Origin: Lama glama
Taxonomy: Eukaryota
Length of the DNA: 60,000 bases
Reading direction: 5' to 3'
Assembly (NCBI GenBank): GCA_028534125.1
Contig: CM052816.1
Coordinates: forward strand, 20,958,001-21,018,000
This document shows, piece by piece, positions 1-13,642 of the stretch. Position numbers and translations under genes: made by a program. Under the pieces are notes generated by a model. It had not been told where the DNA came from. It searched no databases and saw only the letters and a program-made list of their open reading frames with translations. Position 1 is the stretch's first letter; every line of letters starts with the position of its first letter.

Positions 1-652
1 AATGTTTTATCTGTAAATTCTCTTGGAATTTCTATGTACATAATACATCAGCAATGAAGAATGACAATTTTATTTTTTTCATTTTCAATTCTTTCACCTA
101 TTTTACTTCATTCGCCACATCTTTTTTTTCCCCCACTTGCCACGTCTTAATCTAGTTTGAGGGATTGAGATTTTTCTTAGTCTCCTCAACGACTAGAAGG
201 TGGGCTGCACTCCATATGCAATTGGTTAATTCTTAGGACATAGCCCTTCAGAGTCCTAACTCTGAATGCTTCATTTGTCTCCTTACTTGTTGTAAGTGAT
301 GCTTAGTTACCCTCCTGAGTTGGGCAGACACCCCCAACACAAGAGTTGACTTAAATACAGGGCTGACCACTCTGGGTTCCTAGTTTCTTCCATATCTTGG
401 CTTGGTTATTCTTTATCCCCTGTTAGTTCTCTGATGCCTCCAGCAGACTGTTAAAAATGTTTTTACTGTTTTTTCTAGTTTTGAGCTGCAGAGTTACCTA
501 GTCTGCCATTTCTGAAATGGAATTGAGGAAAGATTTGAACTCAATTCTAACTCCAAGGTCCATGCTCTTAACCACTTATATTACCTTGTAATAAAAATCT
601 AACAAATAATTTAAAGTGGAAAATTATGTTTATTTTTGAGTTGTAAGCATAA

Positions 653-907
<255 letters not shown>

Positions 908-1004
908 TAAGTTTACATATGATATCCCAAGGAATATTCATTTATATTTATAGAATTTATTAAGGAACTAAATATTTCATGGTGGTTATCCAGATTTAGA
1001 TTAT

Positions 1005-1260
1005 AATACTAGCTCATGTTTAATGAATGTTACTGTGTGCAAAGCACTGTCTAAGCTCTCTAGAAGTATTAGCTTATTTCAGCATCACATCTATGCCATT
1101 AGGGTAAGTACTATTATTATTCCCATTTCACATATGAAGAAATGAGGCATAGAGAGAGGTTCAGTAATTTGCTCAGTGTCACACAGCTAGTAAATAGAAA
1201 AGTTAAATGTTAAACCAACTAGCCTGTCTCCAGAGTCCATGCTCTTAATCACTTTGCTTT
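1005..1260 (-). mobile_element. MIR SINE
   Basis: MIR core-like text (attattcccatttcacatatgaagaaatgaggcatagagag...cacacagctagtaaat). Confidence 0.8.
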
Positions 1261-2077
1261 ATTTCCTCAACTGCCAGTGAAACAACAGCAGAATAGTAGG
1301 AGGTAGATTATATAAACTGATATGGAAAGATATCCAAGATAAGTATCCAGGATACTTACACTAAGTTTGTAAACTAGGTAGAGAACAGTATATGTGATTT
1401 ACTATCATTTATGTTAAGAGAGAAGGAAAAAGGAATAATGGACATTTTTTTTAAATACAAATAATTGATAATGGTAATTCTTTCCTAGAAGAAGAACTGG
1501 GTAGGAGAGAAACTGGAAAATTGTTATTTACCTTTTTATGCCCTTTGAATAAAGCTTTTTAAATTCCTGTGAAATAAGTAAGTATACATGTTCTAGAGAA
1601 ACTGAGATAGGAAAGTGTCAGTTCTACTTAGTGTTACATATTAGAAGCAGCATCTTCATGAGGACAGTTAGCTATATAATAGTGTCTTAAATATCTAGAC
1701 TTTCAAGGTAGCATTCTTCCCATTTGTGGACATGAACTCTCTTCAAGGGTTATATAGGAATAGCTAGGTAGTCAATTTCTAGATCATGAATATTCATATG
1801 TACTTTTTCTAAAAATAAATCTGTATGAGACCTTGCCTACTAGTCCTCCCTTTCTATTTCCCTTTCCCCAGCAACCCTTCTTTAATTTCACAAAAGAAAA
1901 ACATACCTCTCAACTATCTCTAATCTTACCTGGGTGTATTGTCCTCATGTGAAAAAACCTAGAGATTTTTCAAAATAGTGATGTTTGTAAGAAAGTGAAA
2001 GACCCTAACTGTTGAGAGCAAATTCTTTAGTAATTTTTTTCCCCCAGCAAAATTGAAGAAGGATCTAATTGAGTTGT

Positions 2078-2265
2078 TTGTTTGTTTGTTTTAATTTTTA
2101 AATTTATTTTTATATTTTATTTATTTATTACTGTATAATTTAATTATTTTCATTTTGGCAGGGGGGGAGGTAATTAGGTTTATTTTTACAGGAGGTACTG
2201 GGTATTGAACCCAGGACCTTGTGCATGTTAACCATGTTCTCTACCACTTGAGCTATACCTTCCCC
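2078..2265 (-). mobile_element. Camelid tRNA-Ala-derived SINE (vic-1-like)
   Basis: Minus strand reads GGGGAAGGTATAGCTCAAGTGGTAGAG (A box)...GGTTCAATACC (B box)...CCTAATTACCTCCCC, then an A-rich tail. Confidence 0.88.
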
Positions 2266-2339
2266 TTAAGTTGTCAATTTAAGGGTATATTTTAATGATA
2301 TATAATTTTGTGATATATAATATGGGAGGAAGTCAAAGA

Positions 2340-3070
2340 ATTGAATGACATTGCTACAACAAAACTCTATTCCCATCTACCTATTTATGTTAAAAAGATT
2401 TCTCAGGGTTAAATCTATAAAAATTAAATACAGGAATTAAATTGATACTGAACTCTGTCACAGTCAAGCAGTAAGACCAATGGATACAGAAACTAGAGAA
2501 AAAAATCATTGTCATTAAGAGATACATTTCCAGGAAAATTATTTTTATGTATAATAGTTACTTAAATTTATATTTTTTTGTTTTAATCAATTTGTATAGT
2601 AATAATTATAATGGTAATTCAATTCCAAATTTTAAGCCTTATGATCACTTTTAAAGTCTTATGATCACAGTAATTAGAAGATACAGTTTCAAGTTATGTT
2701 GTATCTCTTTATTGTACAGAAATATCATAGGGATGACTAAAATTTTCAGGCATAAAAATATATTAGGATACATTAAATGGGGAAAGCAGAATAAAAGTAC
2801 AAATTCAAAGAGGAAAAAGGACAATGTAAAAACACCAACTGTTAAAGATAAACTTATTCATATATTTTTTATAGTAAAATATGGTAATTATCAAATTTTG
2901 TAGTATTTACAATTACCAAAATGATGTAACAGTTTTTTTTTTAAATATCAATGTTTTATATGTAACATGACAGATTTTATACCCCTTGCAAATAAAGTGT
3001 GAGGGGAAAAACATAGTTTTCCTAAATTCTTTTATTAGGAATATAAATAAAATATGTTTGAAGATCTGTG
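2340..3070. mobile_element. Degenerate DNA-transposon relic (hAT-Charlie-like)
   Basis: AT-rich stretch resembling Charlie-family 3' sequence, by recall only. Confidence 0.35.
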
Positions 3071-4149
3071 TCCTAAAGAATAAAATATAAGAATAATGAA
3101 TAATTTCATTCCAACTTTTTTTTTTCTAGTTATACTATGCTAGTATCTTGGTCTTAAAAATACATAGAACTACATGAATTTTAGTTATGGGTCTATTACA
3201 TAAAGACTGCTGATTTTTTGGTTCAGTGATGAAATGATTAGAAGAGTGTGAATTTCAGTGATCATGAATTACTGTGGTGTGACTTAACAAATGTACTTTT
3301 ACCACTTATTTTACTGTGAAAATGACAATTTAGTAAGTAATTCCATCATGGAACAACTTTATGTACATACATATTTATATTTGAAGACTCAGGAAATAAG
3401 GATAGAAGCATTATCTAGGAAATACAGAGAAGTTCAGAATATAAAAATACTGAATTTACAGGACCATGCTATAGTAATAGAAGTAATTCTGTAATTTAAA
3501 AACCTGGTTTAGTATGCATGTGGTTTTGCAGATACATAGCAGCAAGCCATCTGTATATTTCACACAAATCTCCAGACTTTGTTCTTTACAAATAATGTGA
3601 GGGCACATAGTCTTAATGTATTAAGTCTCTGGTTTTCAAATGGTAAATCACTGAACATTTTGGGGACATGCAGAAAAAGAAATGTTTATTTTAAATTAAA
3701 GGTTTCTTCTCTTTATATATGAAATGTCTATTTATAATATGATTCTGGAAACCCAAATTATAAATTCCAGCTGTTATACTATTATTTGCTTTGTTCTGTT
3801 GTTCTCTAAATACTTGATTTAGCCATGTCAACCTAAGTTCAGAACTAAAAAGGGATCAAATTGGTGTGTTCAGTCATCTTAACTACTAACTTTACCTGGC
3901 TTCTAAGATACGGTTGATAAAATCTTTCTTCCTTAAATGCTTGTTAAGTTGACTGCGTGTACTATATACATCTATATTAGGACACTTTCCTCTTGATTAT
4001 AACAAGAAATACTGGACTCTCAGTACATGTTATAAAAGACAGAGTATTTCTCCAATGTAAAACAGTTTTGGAGATAGCAGAAGGATTTGTCTGAGCTGTA
4101 TATAATCATTGTCCTAACGGGAGCCTTTTTCCCTCCTTGTGTTTATCAG

Positions 4150-4191
4150 CATTGGAGAAACTAATGTTGAAAGAAAAACCAAGAAAAAAAG
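4150..4191 (+). CDS. ZCCHC10: ZCCHC10 penultimate coding exon ((S)IGETNVERKTKKK(R))
   Basis: AG at 4148-4149; GTATGT donor at 4192; 42 nt, phase 2-2; joins the flanking exons in frame. Confidence 0.94.
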
Positions 4192-4574
4192 GTATGTGTG
4201 GCTTTAGGAGTAATCGGAAGTGTGACTTTAAAATAATATAGTTATAAGATTTGGATCTGAAATCTCTTGCTTGCAAATCATGATTAAATATCACCCTGTT
4301 TTCTGATATGTTCCTGTCTAGAATTTCTTGCCTTCATTTCTGCTTTATCTCCAACTTTCCAGAGTCCTTTTTCCTGGAAATAATAATTTCTCTTGTCTTA
4401 AAATAGGAAATGCTAATAGACTGGTAAGAAATCATTGACCAGCTATATCTAGTCCAAAGTAGTTAAGGTCATGAAACATTTACCACTCTACATGAGATTT
4501 AAATAAACCCAGTTAAACTACAACTTTATTCTGACATTTACTCTGGAGCACAACATAGTAGGTACACTTATCTT

Positions 4575-4709
4575 TCTTTTTTCCATTTTTTTGGTGGGGG
4601 AGGTAATTAAGTTTATTTCTTTATTTTTAGAGGAGGTACGAGGGATTGAACCCAGGATGTCATGCATGCTAAGCATGCTCTCTACCACTTGAGCTATACC
4701 CTTTCTCCC
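4575..4709 (-). mobile_element. vic-1-like SINE with TSD GTACACTTATCTT (4562-4574 / 4714-4726)
   Basis: A/B boxes on the minus strand, T-rich tail, 13-bp direct repeat. Confidence 0.9.
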
Positions 4710-4928
4710 ATGAGTACACTTATCTTGAACTCCAAGAGAATTAAATTACTGAAGTAAAAGACCTTGTGTTCTTGGAAAGAGGGTGGACATGGTAGGCAAT
4801 GGGGTTACTATAGTTAGTCAGTCACCAATGCATCAAACCTAGCAACGCTCCAGTATATACATACACATACTATTCATGTGAAATTGCTTTTAAATGTTCT
4901 ATTCAATGTCAGCTTCTCATGCATATAA

Positions 4929-5207
<279 letters not shown>

Positions 5208-5810
5208 AATTGCTCCATCCATATTGAACTGATGGACTGAAATCATTAATGTGATTCTCTCTCAGAAGGGAATTGAGAGTGTGTTAAGGCCAAATAGGTT
5301 AACTGGTCAAAATTTGTAGAGTTCAAATGTTTCTGAATGTTTTACATTGTAAGAGCATAAAGAGTATTAATAATGGATTTTATATATATATATATATATA
5401 CAAAGAGAGACTTTTTTTATTTTAAGGGTGAATCTTGTTTTTCTTTTTTATCTTTAAAATATATCTGTAAAATTAATCAAAGCTGAAATCCAGTAAATCT
5501 GTTTCTGTGTTGAAACCTCTTTTCTCCCTGTGAAGTAAATGCCGTACTTTGATAAATGTAAGTGCTATGCATCAGACATGTTTTTAGGATAATGCATCAG
5601 AATATCTGTCAGTGAATTTCTAACGCTTTTGGCTGTATGTCATTATGTAAAATTTAATACATTGTTACTCTAAGCTTAGGAGTTTTCCTACTGTTAATAA
5701 ATGTGCTCTATTTTTATGTTTATGTTCAGAAAGTTATCCTGACTTCTTGACCTAAATGAAAAGTTAAAGAAACCTATTAATAAATTTATACCTTTTGGAT
5801 GGTACAAGTT
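5208..5810 (+). terminator. ZCCHC10: ZCCHC10 3'UTR with candidate poly(A) signals AATAAA at 5696-5701 and 5779-5784
   Basis: Two canonical hexamers; GT/T-rich sequence (~5820-5850) follows the second. Cleavage site is inferred. Confidence 0.6.
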
Positions 5811-5964
5811 TCAAGTTACTGTGTTGTATCATTCATTTTCTTCTGGTTCTTAGAGTTACCTTTTTTTGGGTAAACTGCTCTGAAGAGGTAAGGGAAGAAG
5901 CCAGTTACCTGAGACTTTTTCTTTGTCTAGGAAATACTTGCAGTCCAGTATTCCTCTTGGTAAA

Positions 5965-6243
5965 AGATTAGCACAACTCACAAAGAACAGATATCTCAAG
6001 TTAATGATTTTAGTGATTTTTTGTGTGTGGGAAGATGCAAGAATCTGGCTTCATTAAAATTCTTCCTGAGAGATACATCTAACTATCCAAGGAGCTTACT
6101 TGTCCAAAGCAAAAGCCATCCTGATACCTTCTTCATTTCCCCTATCTGAAGCACAAAGTACACTGTCAGTCAGTGTCTGCAGTGGGTTAATCCTTGTAGG
6201 ATTGAGTGGTGAGGAAAAACGCTCTTTTGTTCTTTGTTTACAG
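5965..6243 (-). mobile_element. ERV1-type LTR fragment
   Basis: cagatatctcaagttaatgattttagtg...gggaagatgcaagaatctgg resembles ungulate ERV1 LTRs; ends in ...TTTACA (TG terminus on the minus strand). Confidence 0.55.
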
Positions 6244-6245
6244 TA

Positions 6246-6955
6246 CATACATAGTATATCTGACCACAGTGGAATTCAACTAGAAATCAGTATGAGAAAC
6301 ATCTCTGGAAAATCCCCCAATACATGGAAACTGAATAATACACTTTTATATAACTCATGGGTCAAAGAAGAACTCAAAAGGAAAATTAGAAAATATTAAC
6401 TAACCAAAAATGAAAGTAAAATACATCAATATTTGTGGGATGCCTCTAAAGTAGTATTTAGGGAAATTTTATAGCACTAAATATTAGGGAAAAAAAGATG
6501 GCAAATCAATGACTTCAGTTTACACCTTAAGAAACTAGAAAAAGAAGAGCAAATAAATCCCAAAATAAGCAAAAGAAAAGAAATAAAAATCAAGAGCAGA
6601 GATGGATGAAATAGAAAACAACCAATAGAAAAAGTCAATGAATCCGAAAGGTGATTCTATGAGAGGACTAATAAAATCGATGTCTCCGGCCAGACAGCTC
6701 AGGATGAAAAAGAGGCAAATTACCTGTATCAGAAACGAGGGAGATGATATAACTACAGGTTACACGTATATTAAAAAGACACTAAGGGAATAGTAAGATA
6801 GCTTTACTCATTTAATAAATTAGATAAAATGGGAAAACTCCTTGAAACCCAAACTAACAATTTTCACTCAAGAATAAACAGATGACCTGAATACCTGTAT
6901 ATTTATAAAGAAATCTGAATTTTGACTTGAAAACCTTCTCATAAAGAGAACTCCA
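6246..6955 (+). mobile_element. L1 ORF2 fragment (end of endonuclease domain and linker)
   Basis: Translates ISDHSGIQLEI...NTWKLNNTLLYNSWVKEE, typical of L1 ORF2; degenerate further on. Confidence 0.9.
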
Positions 6956-7292
6956 ATTTTCAAAATGTTATTTTGCACTTATATAAATATTTAAATTACT
7001 ATTTTCTAATTTTCCTTTCGAGTTCTCTGACCCAGGGGTTATATAGAAGTGTATTACTCAGTTTTCATGCATTGGATTTTCAAGAGATGTTTCTGATATT
7101 GATTTCTAGTTGAATTTCCACTGCACTCATATATATACCTTGTATGGCTTGAATCTCTATACATTTATTGAGGCTTGTTTTATGATCTGGTGTATGTGCT
7201 ACTTTAGTAAATATACCTTAGTAAATGTTCTGGGTGCACTTTGAAAAGAGTGTATCTTCTGCTGTTGTTGGGTGGAGTGTTCTATAAATGTT
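6956..7292 (-). mobile_element. L1 ORF2 endonuclease fragment, inverted relative to its neighbour
   Basis: Reverse complement of the same ORF2 segment plus ttctgctgttgttgggtggagtgttctataaatg. Confidence 0.88.
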
Positions 7293-7434
7293 AACGTACA
7301 CAGGTTATGCATGTAGATAAGGACTGGAAATGAAATTGAACCAATATAAAAATGTAAACGTTACTGTTTATTAGCGATTTTTTTCCTGTGTAAATTGCTT
7401 GAAATCATATGAGACAAATGGTCTGGATTGACAT

Positions 7435-7932
7435 AACTACACTTCAAGATAGTTGTCAAAGATCCTTATTTCCTGTTATTCATGCCCTTGGATAGTCCCT
7501 TCCCATACTGAATCAGGGCTAATCTATGTGACCAGTAGGATAGTACAAAAGTGACAATGTGTGACTTCAGAGGCTAGGTCATAAAAGTCTTCATAGTTTC
7601 TGCATTGTCCTTGAAACACTCACTCCAGGGTAAACCAGCCTCTATGACATGAGGATACCCAAGCAGCCTTGTAGAGACACGCCTGTGGCAGGGAACTGAG
7701 TCCTCTAACCAACAACTAGCAGCAACCTGCCAGTTACATCAGGAAGACACCTGCATAGCAGATCCTCTAACCCCAATTAAGTCTTCAAATGACTACAACA
7801 CCTTAAGAGACCCAAGCCAGAACTGCCAAGCAAGGCCACATCTGAATTCCTGATCCACAGAAACTGTGAGAAATAATAGTAATTGTTGTTTTAAGTTATT
7901 AAGTTTTGAGCAATTTGCTATGCAATAATTTT
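7435..7932 (+). mobile_element. MaLR LTR (MLT1-type)
   Basis: gtgacttcagaggctaggtcataaaag...tcctgatccacagaaactgtgagaaataa...ttgttgttttaag; a related fragment lies at ~8477-8635. Confidence 0.8.
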
Positions 7933-8954
7933 AAAAACATAATGCTTGAATGTTTTAAAGTAAACATTTATTAAAAGACCACATTCAGGTTTCTGCTCAA
8001 AGTTCATCTCCTTTGAGAAGTTTTTCCTAGCCAACCTAGCTGAAATAGCTCCTGAACTCATTTTAACCTTTTACTCTGCTTTTTCCCTTTGTACATTTAT
8101 ATCTGGAAGTTTATTACCTAACTGTGTGTGTGTGTGTGTGTGTATGTTTGTCTTTCTTCTCCACTAAAACAGAAGCCCCATGAGAATAAGAACTATTTCA
8201 TTCAGTACTGCTCCTAAGACCTGGAATGCTTAGAATGCTATCCAGTATATGATAAGCACTCTACTAATAATTGGTAAAAGAACAAATAAATGAATAATAA
8301 AATCAATCATTAATGTCCTCATTTGCCTTAATAGTACACTTGGATTTTGTTTTGGGGATGGGGATATGTAGAAAGACTGTGAACCGTGTGTGAATTTGTA
8401 CTACTTTTTTAAATGTTTGAATTAGAATCACTTTTACACCAACGTTTTTGTTGACTCATTTTTCTTAACAGGGCATTGTGGTAAGCAGCCTCTAAAATGA
8501 TTCCCAATGACTCCTGAGTCCTGGTATTCATGTCCTTGCACAGTCCCCTCCCACACTGAATAGGACTGACTTGTGCAACCAAAAGAATATTGCAGAAATG
8601 AATGTCACTTCTGAGGCTAGATTATAAAAGCCATTGAAAATTTTAAATGGAATATCTCATTACAACTGATTTTCTTCAAAAAAAAAGAATAGAAAGAAAA
8701 GTAAAGAAAAGAAAAGGAAGCTGCTATCAAAGTTTCTGAGTGACTCATTTGTTACACAAGCAAGGAAAGTCATTTACTAATGGCAAGTTCAGTAAATCAT
8801 GTTTAACTATATTAGCCAAAGAAATATATCCAGAGAAAATAAAAGTATTTAAGATTATTGGCCTTTCTGTGAGACCAGTTAGAGTTGAAGACATTAAGAG
8901 CAACATCAATAGTCTGTTAAGAAACAAGGTAAGTGATACTATTTTTCCTTGACT

Positions 8955-10392
8955 CTTTTTTTTGTAATAGCTTCTTGAGATATAATGAACATGCTCTACA
9001 ATTTACTCATTTATACAATTCAGAGTTGTGTAACTATCACCAGAATCAATTTTATAATATTTTTATCATCCACAAAAGAATCCCTATACCTATTAGCAGT
9101 CTTTACCTATTTCCCACCAAGCACCCAGCCATAGATAGCCATAGTCTCTTTCCATCTCTATAGATTTGCCTGTTTTGGACATTTCATATAAATGGAATCA
9201 TATGGTACTGCCCTAAATGTATTGTCCCTCATGACTGACTTCTTTCAGTTAGCATATGGTTTTCAAGATTCATCTATAGTGCAGCATATATCAGTGTTCC
9301 ATTTCTTTTTATTGCCAAGTAATACTCTATTGTATGGACATACCACATTGTTTACGCATTCATCAGTTGGACATTTACATTGTTTCCCATCTTTTGGCTA
9401 TTATGAATAGTGTTGCTAAGGGCAATCAGGTACAAGGTTTTGTGTGGACATATATTTTTAAAAATTCTCTTGATTATATACCTAGGATTCTGAGTTATAT
9501 GGTAACTTTATGTTTAACCTTTTGAGGACCTGACAGATCATTTTCCAAAGCATCTGTACCATTTTACAATCCCACCAGCAATCTTTAAGTCCTCTGATTT
9601 CCCAACATCTTACCAATGCTTGTAATTATCTGTCATTTTGATTATAACCATCCTAACAAGCATGAAGCGATATCTTATTGTGTTTTTGATTTGCAATTCC
9701 CTGATGGCTAATAATGCTGAACATCTTCTCAGGTATTTATTTTCCATTTGCATATCTTCTTTAGAGAAATATCTATTCAGATCCTCTGCCCATTATTTTA
9801 GAAAACTGGGTATTTGTCTTTCATCTTTTCACTTTCTTGGTGATGTCCTTTGAAGCACAAAAGGTTTTGTTTTGTGTTTTTTTTTTAACATTTTTTATTG
9901 ATTTATAATCATTTTACAATGTTGTGTCAAATCCTAGAGTAGAGCACAGTTTTTCAATTATACATGAACATATATATATTCATTGTCACATTCCTTTCTC
10001 TGTGAGCTACCATAAGATCTTGTCACAAAAGTTTTTAATTTTGATGAAGTTCAGTTTTTTTCTTTAGTTGCTTATACTTTTGGTGTCATATTTAATAAAC
10101 CATTGCCTAATCCAGATCTTGAAGGTTTATACTTATGTTTTCATCTAAGAGTTTTATAGTTTTAGCTCTTACAACTAGGTCTTTGATTCATTTTGAGCTA
10201 ATTTTTGTACGTGTGTGAAGCAGGGGTCCACATCAGTCTTTTGGATATAGATATTCAGTTGTCTCACCACAGTTTCTTGAAAAGCCTATTGGTTGCCCAT
10301 TGAATTGTCTTGGAACCCTTGTTGAAAATCAACTGACCATAAATGTGAAGATTTACTTCTATACTTTCAATTCTACTCCATTAATCCATATG
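8955..10392 (-). mobile_element. Old L1 3' end with a nested short younger L1 3' end (~9869-10023, TSD CACAAAAG(G/T)TTTT)
   Basis: Antisense L1 3'UTR and ORF2 C-terminal text; imperfect direct repeats at 9856 and 10024. Confidence 0.85.
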
Positions 10393-10801
10393 TAACATGA
10401 TTCTTGGTGAGTACACAGGTGTGTTACTGGTATCAATCAGTTGTTTATTCAAGGCATCAATATTGAGTTTGAAGTGACTGAAGAATTACCTCTAAGAGTA
10501 GTTTGTGTGGGACAACTACATGAGAAAACATTTTCAAAGAAGTTGAGAAAACACTAATTCAGTACAACCTGAAGTTAAACTGAATAAGAGGTGTTACAAT
10601 TGATGGTGGTACCAAAATGTGTGGAGGAGAAATAGTATCAACAGTGAAATTTATTTTCTCTTCTGGACTTAACCATTGTGAGTTCCAGGCTGCTTTTTGG
10701 AAATAAACCTGAATATCCTGACTGGTTGTACCACATGGCAGTTTGAAGGCTTAGTAATGGTTAAGTATTATTGTGATTATTGAGCTCTGGACTGAGACGG
10801 A

Positions 10802-11260
10802 TTTTTTTTAATTGTGGTAAAATACATACAACATAAAATTTAACATCCTAACCATTTTTAAGTGCACAGTTCAGTGGTATTAAGTACATGCACATTATTG
10901 TGCAACCATCATCACTATCCATCTCCAAAACTTGTTTCATCTTGCAAAATTGAAACTCTATACCCATTAAACAGTAATTTCCCATTCCCTCCACCCTAGC
11001 CCTTGGCAACCACCATTCTACTATCTGTCTCTATGAATTTGACTACTCATGGTATCTCTTATAAGTGGAATCACAGAGTATCTTTTTGCGACCGGTTTGT
11101 TTCAATTAGCATAATATCCATGTTATAGTATGTGGCAAATTTTGTCTTCCTTTTTAAGGTTGAATAATGTTTCATTAATGAATATACCATTTGCTTATCC
11201 ATTCATCCATCAGTGGGCACTTGGGTTGCTTTCACCTTTGGCTATTGTGAATAATGTTGT
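10802..11260 (-). mobile_element. L1 3' end (L1MA/MB-like)
   Basis: ttttttaattgtggtaaaatacatacaacataaaatt...acagttcagtggtattaagtaca signature. Confidence 0.85.
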
Positions 11261-12477
11261 CAGATAGAAGTTTTTGTGGATGAGAATGTCCTCAACCACT
11301 GTTGAACACTTGAAATCTAGCTTTTCCTGAGGACTCAATAATGCTTCTTAAGGAGTTCAACCTAAATTACAAGACAAACTGTTTATATGTGACACTTTCA
11401 CTGCAGTAGTCATTTCAGCAACAATAACTTTTTTTGAACCACAAGTAGTATCAAGTTGCTTATCTACTTCTTGTGCTGTCAAGTTACAAGTAATGTCACC
11501 ACACATATTTGCAGCATATATCTCTTCTGAGCTCAAACTACAATGTCTATAGAGTTTTTTGTACTTTATTTCAGATACAAAGGAAATTTTCATATTTTAA
11601 AATCCATTTAACTGTACAAAATTTATTCACTCTTTAATTGGAAGTGATTACTCTTCAATCTAATGATATATCCTAAGGCATATATTAAGAGAAGAATCTA
11701 ATAAAATTCTGTAAATTTCTTCCAAGCACTGAATATTCTTAACTAACATCACATGCCAGTGGATTGGTATCAGCATTTGGCAGTACTTAGTCACGTGAAA
11801 AGATATTTTAAAAAATGAAATACATAAAACTTTATTACAGATAAGCATTAACAGAAGTATTTGAAATCACTTTGGTGACAGAAAATGCTTAAGTTTGAAT
11901 CCAAATTAAGTGAAATGTTTTCTTCACTTACCGCCAAAAAAGAAAAATTATTATTCTCATTAGCAGACTTGAATTACAAAACTGAATTACTATATTCTGA
12001 ATTTCATCAACAATGTATGGAAAAAATTTAAATCTATTATTATGTACCCACACAAAATGCTTGATTTTGCCACTTGGCCTGCAAAGCCTAAACTATTTAT
12101 CATCTGGCCGTTACAGAAAAAAAGCCAATCCCAGAGAGAAAGAGAGACAAAAGAGCTAAAGACCAAGTCTTAGGACACCTTTATTCAGAAATCAGGGAAC
12201 AGTAAAGATCTCGTGCAAATGAGACTGAAAAGCAGCAGCCAGGAGGGACATTTGGAGAGTGTGACATCTCAAAAACCATGAGAAGAAAAATGGTTTTAAA
12301 CAAGAGAAAATGGTCAATACATGCTATATAGTAGGTATTTAATAAGTGTTTGATACATAATGAATAAATTGTCTAAATTTCTAAAATAATGTGAAATTTT
12401 TATGTAGCTATACTTCTGACAGTAATTCCTACTAGTTTTGATGTGACTTTTAGAAAATCATTTCAAAATCTGAATGA

Positions 12478-12935
12478 AACCTTGTACATGGATGTTTATT
12501 ATCAGTTTTATTTATAATCATTAAAAACTGGAAACAACCCAAATGTCCTTCAAATGAATGGCTAAACAAGTTATATTATAGTAATAGAATACTACTCAGC
12601 AATAAAAAGAAATAAATTACTGATACATGCAACAACAATAATAGACCTCAAAGGCATTATGCTAAGTAAAAGAAGCTAGACTTAAAAGGCTACACACTGT
12701 ATGATTCCATTCATGTGTTGTTCTGGAAAAGGTAAAAGTGATTGCCAGGAACTGGGGTTGAGGTGAGGGGTTTATTACAAAGGAACAGGAGGGAATGTTT
12801 TAGGTTAATGGAAATGTTCTATATCTTGATTGTGGTAGTGGTTATATAACTATGTATTAGTCAGAACTCATAGAATTGTACATTAAAAAGAATAAATTTT
12901 ACTGTATGTAAATTATACTTCAAAAAATCTGACTT
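12478..12935 (+). mobile_element. Old L1 3' end (L1M-type)
   Basis: aaaactggaaacaacccaaatgtcc...gaatactactcagcaataaaaag...tatcttgattgtggtagtggtta. Confidence 0.85.
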
Positions 12936-13516
12936 AACCTTTCCCCTTCCCAGAAATCTACTAAGAATTGCGGCTATAACAATATATATTGAATTTTTTG
13001 TTCAAATCTGGCATGTTAATAAAATACTTACACTTTTCTTAGAGATTTTTTTTTTGTCTTATACTTTTATGGTTGGTATTTTCTGCTATTTCTCCAATCT
13101 GTGCAGGTGACTTACACTGTTCTGGGATATGAAGTTAGAAACAGAAATTTCACTCTCTTAAAATGGATGCATCTGATTAATTAAAAAGGTAGAGTATTAA
13201 AATGTTACAAGTTGAGAAATAAGTTTAGGAATTTTTTTTCTCTCATTTCTGAAAGGGAAGGAAATTCTTATTTGCAGAATAATGGCAGAGAAAAGTCTAC
13301 ATTTTCCACCTCCATCCCTCTTTTTGGTTTTGTTTTTTAAGTAAGGTCTCATTTACATTGAAAAAGTATCATAATCCTTTATCAAACAAAAAACATATTA
13401 TCTTTTGATTAGCCAAATAGCATTTACTCCAAAATAAGGGAAGGAACTTTCTTGTAAAGTTTATGAAATATCTTCAGTGTTTTAATACTTATTGTATAAA
13501 ATGATAATCCTTCTTT

Positions 13517-13642
13517 AGTTTTTTTTTTTTTTGAGGGGGAAGTAATTAGGTTTATTTATTTTTGGAGGAGGGATGGGGGGGATTGAACCCAGAACCTCCT
13601 GCATGCTAAGCATGTGCTCTACCACTTGAGCTATGCCCTTCC
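13517..13642 (-). mobile_element. vic-1-like SINE (intergenic)
   Basis: Poly-T tail, gattgaacccagaacctcctgcatgctaagcatg, imperfect TSD ATAATC(C/T)TTCTT. Confidence 0.88.

Larger units (their letters stand above)
8640..12132 (+). mobile_element. Fragmented hAT-Charlie (Cheshire/MER58-like) transposase fossil interrupted by L1 insertions
   Basis: ORF 8740..8952 (HLLHKQGKSFTNG...CLTILAKEIYPEKI...RVEDIKSNINS) resembles hAT/GTF2IRD2-like transposase; further pieces at ~10400-10800 and ~11265-12050; MER58-like terminus ggcctgcaaagcctaaactatttatcatctggcc at ~12075-12132. Confidence 0.7.

Noticed and set aside
2638..2668. Short direct repeats (CTTATGATCAC twice; also ATAAATTTATCTTTCT twice at ~40433-40468)
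   Set aside because: Two-copy micro-duplications typical of slippage; no array or spacer structure, so not CRISPR-like.
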